This document shows positions 63,155 to 64,000 of a stretch of DNA of 64,000 nt, one piece after another. This DNA comes from Camelus ferus (Eukaryota), in NCBI RefSeq assembly GCF_009834535.1, contig NC_045696.1:30506001-30570000 (forward strand), read 5' to 3'. Position 1 is the stretch's first letter, and each line of letters opens with the position of its first letter. Below the pieces are notes generated by a model, which saw nothing but the letters and a program-made list of their open reading frames with translations, ran no database searches and was not told the DNA's origin. The translations under genes and the position numbers were made by a program.

Positions 63155-63420
63155 GAAATCATTGACTCTTAGAGTGGAAGTAAAGGAAATCTTGTTCAGT
63201 CTCTCACTCAGTGTATTAATGTTCACTACTTTATCCCTTGCATGTGGCCAGCCAGCTTTTGCTTAAATATTGCAATGTTTACAAACTTATTATTCACAAG
63301 ACAGATCATTGTAATGCTGGAAAACTCCTTAAAATATGTGGGAGTATGTCTGCCTATAACTTTTGCTCACTGGTCTTAGATCTGACATGTGGAATTCCAG
63401 TAAAGTCTAATCCATTTCTA
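63155..63420 (-). mobile_element. L3/CR1 LINE 3'-end remnant
   Basis: CTTAGAGTGGAAG...ATCCCTTGCATGTGGCCAGCCAGCTTTTGCTTAAA...CTGCCTATAACTT...CACTGGTCTTAGATCTG...AAGTCTAATCC follows the antisense L3 consensus in order. Confidence 0.7.
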
Positions 63421-63474
63421 GTAGACATATGTTCTAATAACAGTCAAAAAATTACCACTGAAATTAATGGTTAA

Positions 63475-63660
63475 AAAGATATTTTAGGGGTAATTGGGGA
63501 AAACTTTACAGTTTATTAGATAACAGTGTGTTTTTTCAAAATTTTAAGGATATTATTTGTATTTTGTTTATATAAGAATATTTCTCCTTTGTTAGAGATG
63601 CTTGGCAACCTACTTAGTGGTGAAGTGTCATAATATGTGCTAGTTGCTTATAAATAATCA
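63475..63660 (+). mobile_element. Old L1 3' UTR fragment (L1MC/ME-like)
   Basis: AAAGATATTTTAGGGGTAATTGGGGAAA...TATTAGATAA...GTGAAGTGTCATAAT. Confidence 0.55.
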
Positions 63661-63740
63661 TTACAATAAGGATAAAACTTGTTTCCTTATCAAAAACTCT
63701 TCTACTGTTGGACAGAAATTCCTTTCATTTTCTTTTTTGA

Positions 63741-63777
63741 GACTAATGTATTTTTTTATGACTAATGTATTTTTTTA
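63741..63777. repeat. 19-bp tandem duplication
   Basis: GACTAATGTATTTTTTTA occurs twice. Confidence 0.85.
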
Positions 63778-64000
63778 CTCAAAACATAATAAAGGAGTCG
63801 TATTTCAGTAGTTCAGCTTTTGAAAGACACACACTCCAGTTTACTCAACATAGCAGTTTCTTGTCAGAGGATATGACTTGGAACAAATTTGAATTGTGCA
63901 CTGTATTAACATGAAGACAAAGTGTTCTCCTTTGCATACAAACACCAATTAAAAGGAATGGACAGATGGCATTTTTTATGAAATTCCAGTCCATTTTCTT

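Noticed and set aside
63238..63474. 78-aa plus-strand ORF
   Set aside because: Overlaps an antisense L3/CR1 remnant

Overview
This is AT-rich, CpG-depleted placental-mammal genomic DNA, most likely camelid (alpaca/llama/camel), judged from a Vic-1-type tRNA-Ala-derived SINE at ~41.4 kb. I found no recognisable protein-coding gene, rRNA, true tRNA gene, CRISPR array or CpG-island promoter. The ORFs in the track are L1 ORF2 remnants, antisense-repeat ORFs or chance ORFs. The window reads as intergenic or deep-intronic sequence made of layered transposable elements: young and old L1s, L2, L3/CR1, MIR, MaLR (MLT1) LTRs and proviruses, ERV1/ERVL LTRs and hAT MITEs. The best-supported points of interest are mechanistic scars: a young twin-primed (5'-inverted) L1 with perfect TSDs and an intact but in-frame-shortened ORF2 segment; a two-LTR MaLR provirus in a three-tier nest; an old inverted L1 hit by a SINE; two neighbouring ~105-110 bp tandem duplications; and a solo ERV1 LTR with amplified U3 repeats. 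A few non-coding exon and enhancer candidates lie in repeat-poor stretches. I cannot support a previously undescribed biological system here. Repeat family names are recalled from consensus sequences, boundaries of old repeats are approximate, and both need RepeatMasker/Dfam confirmation.
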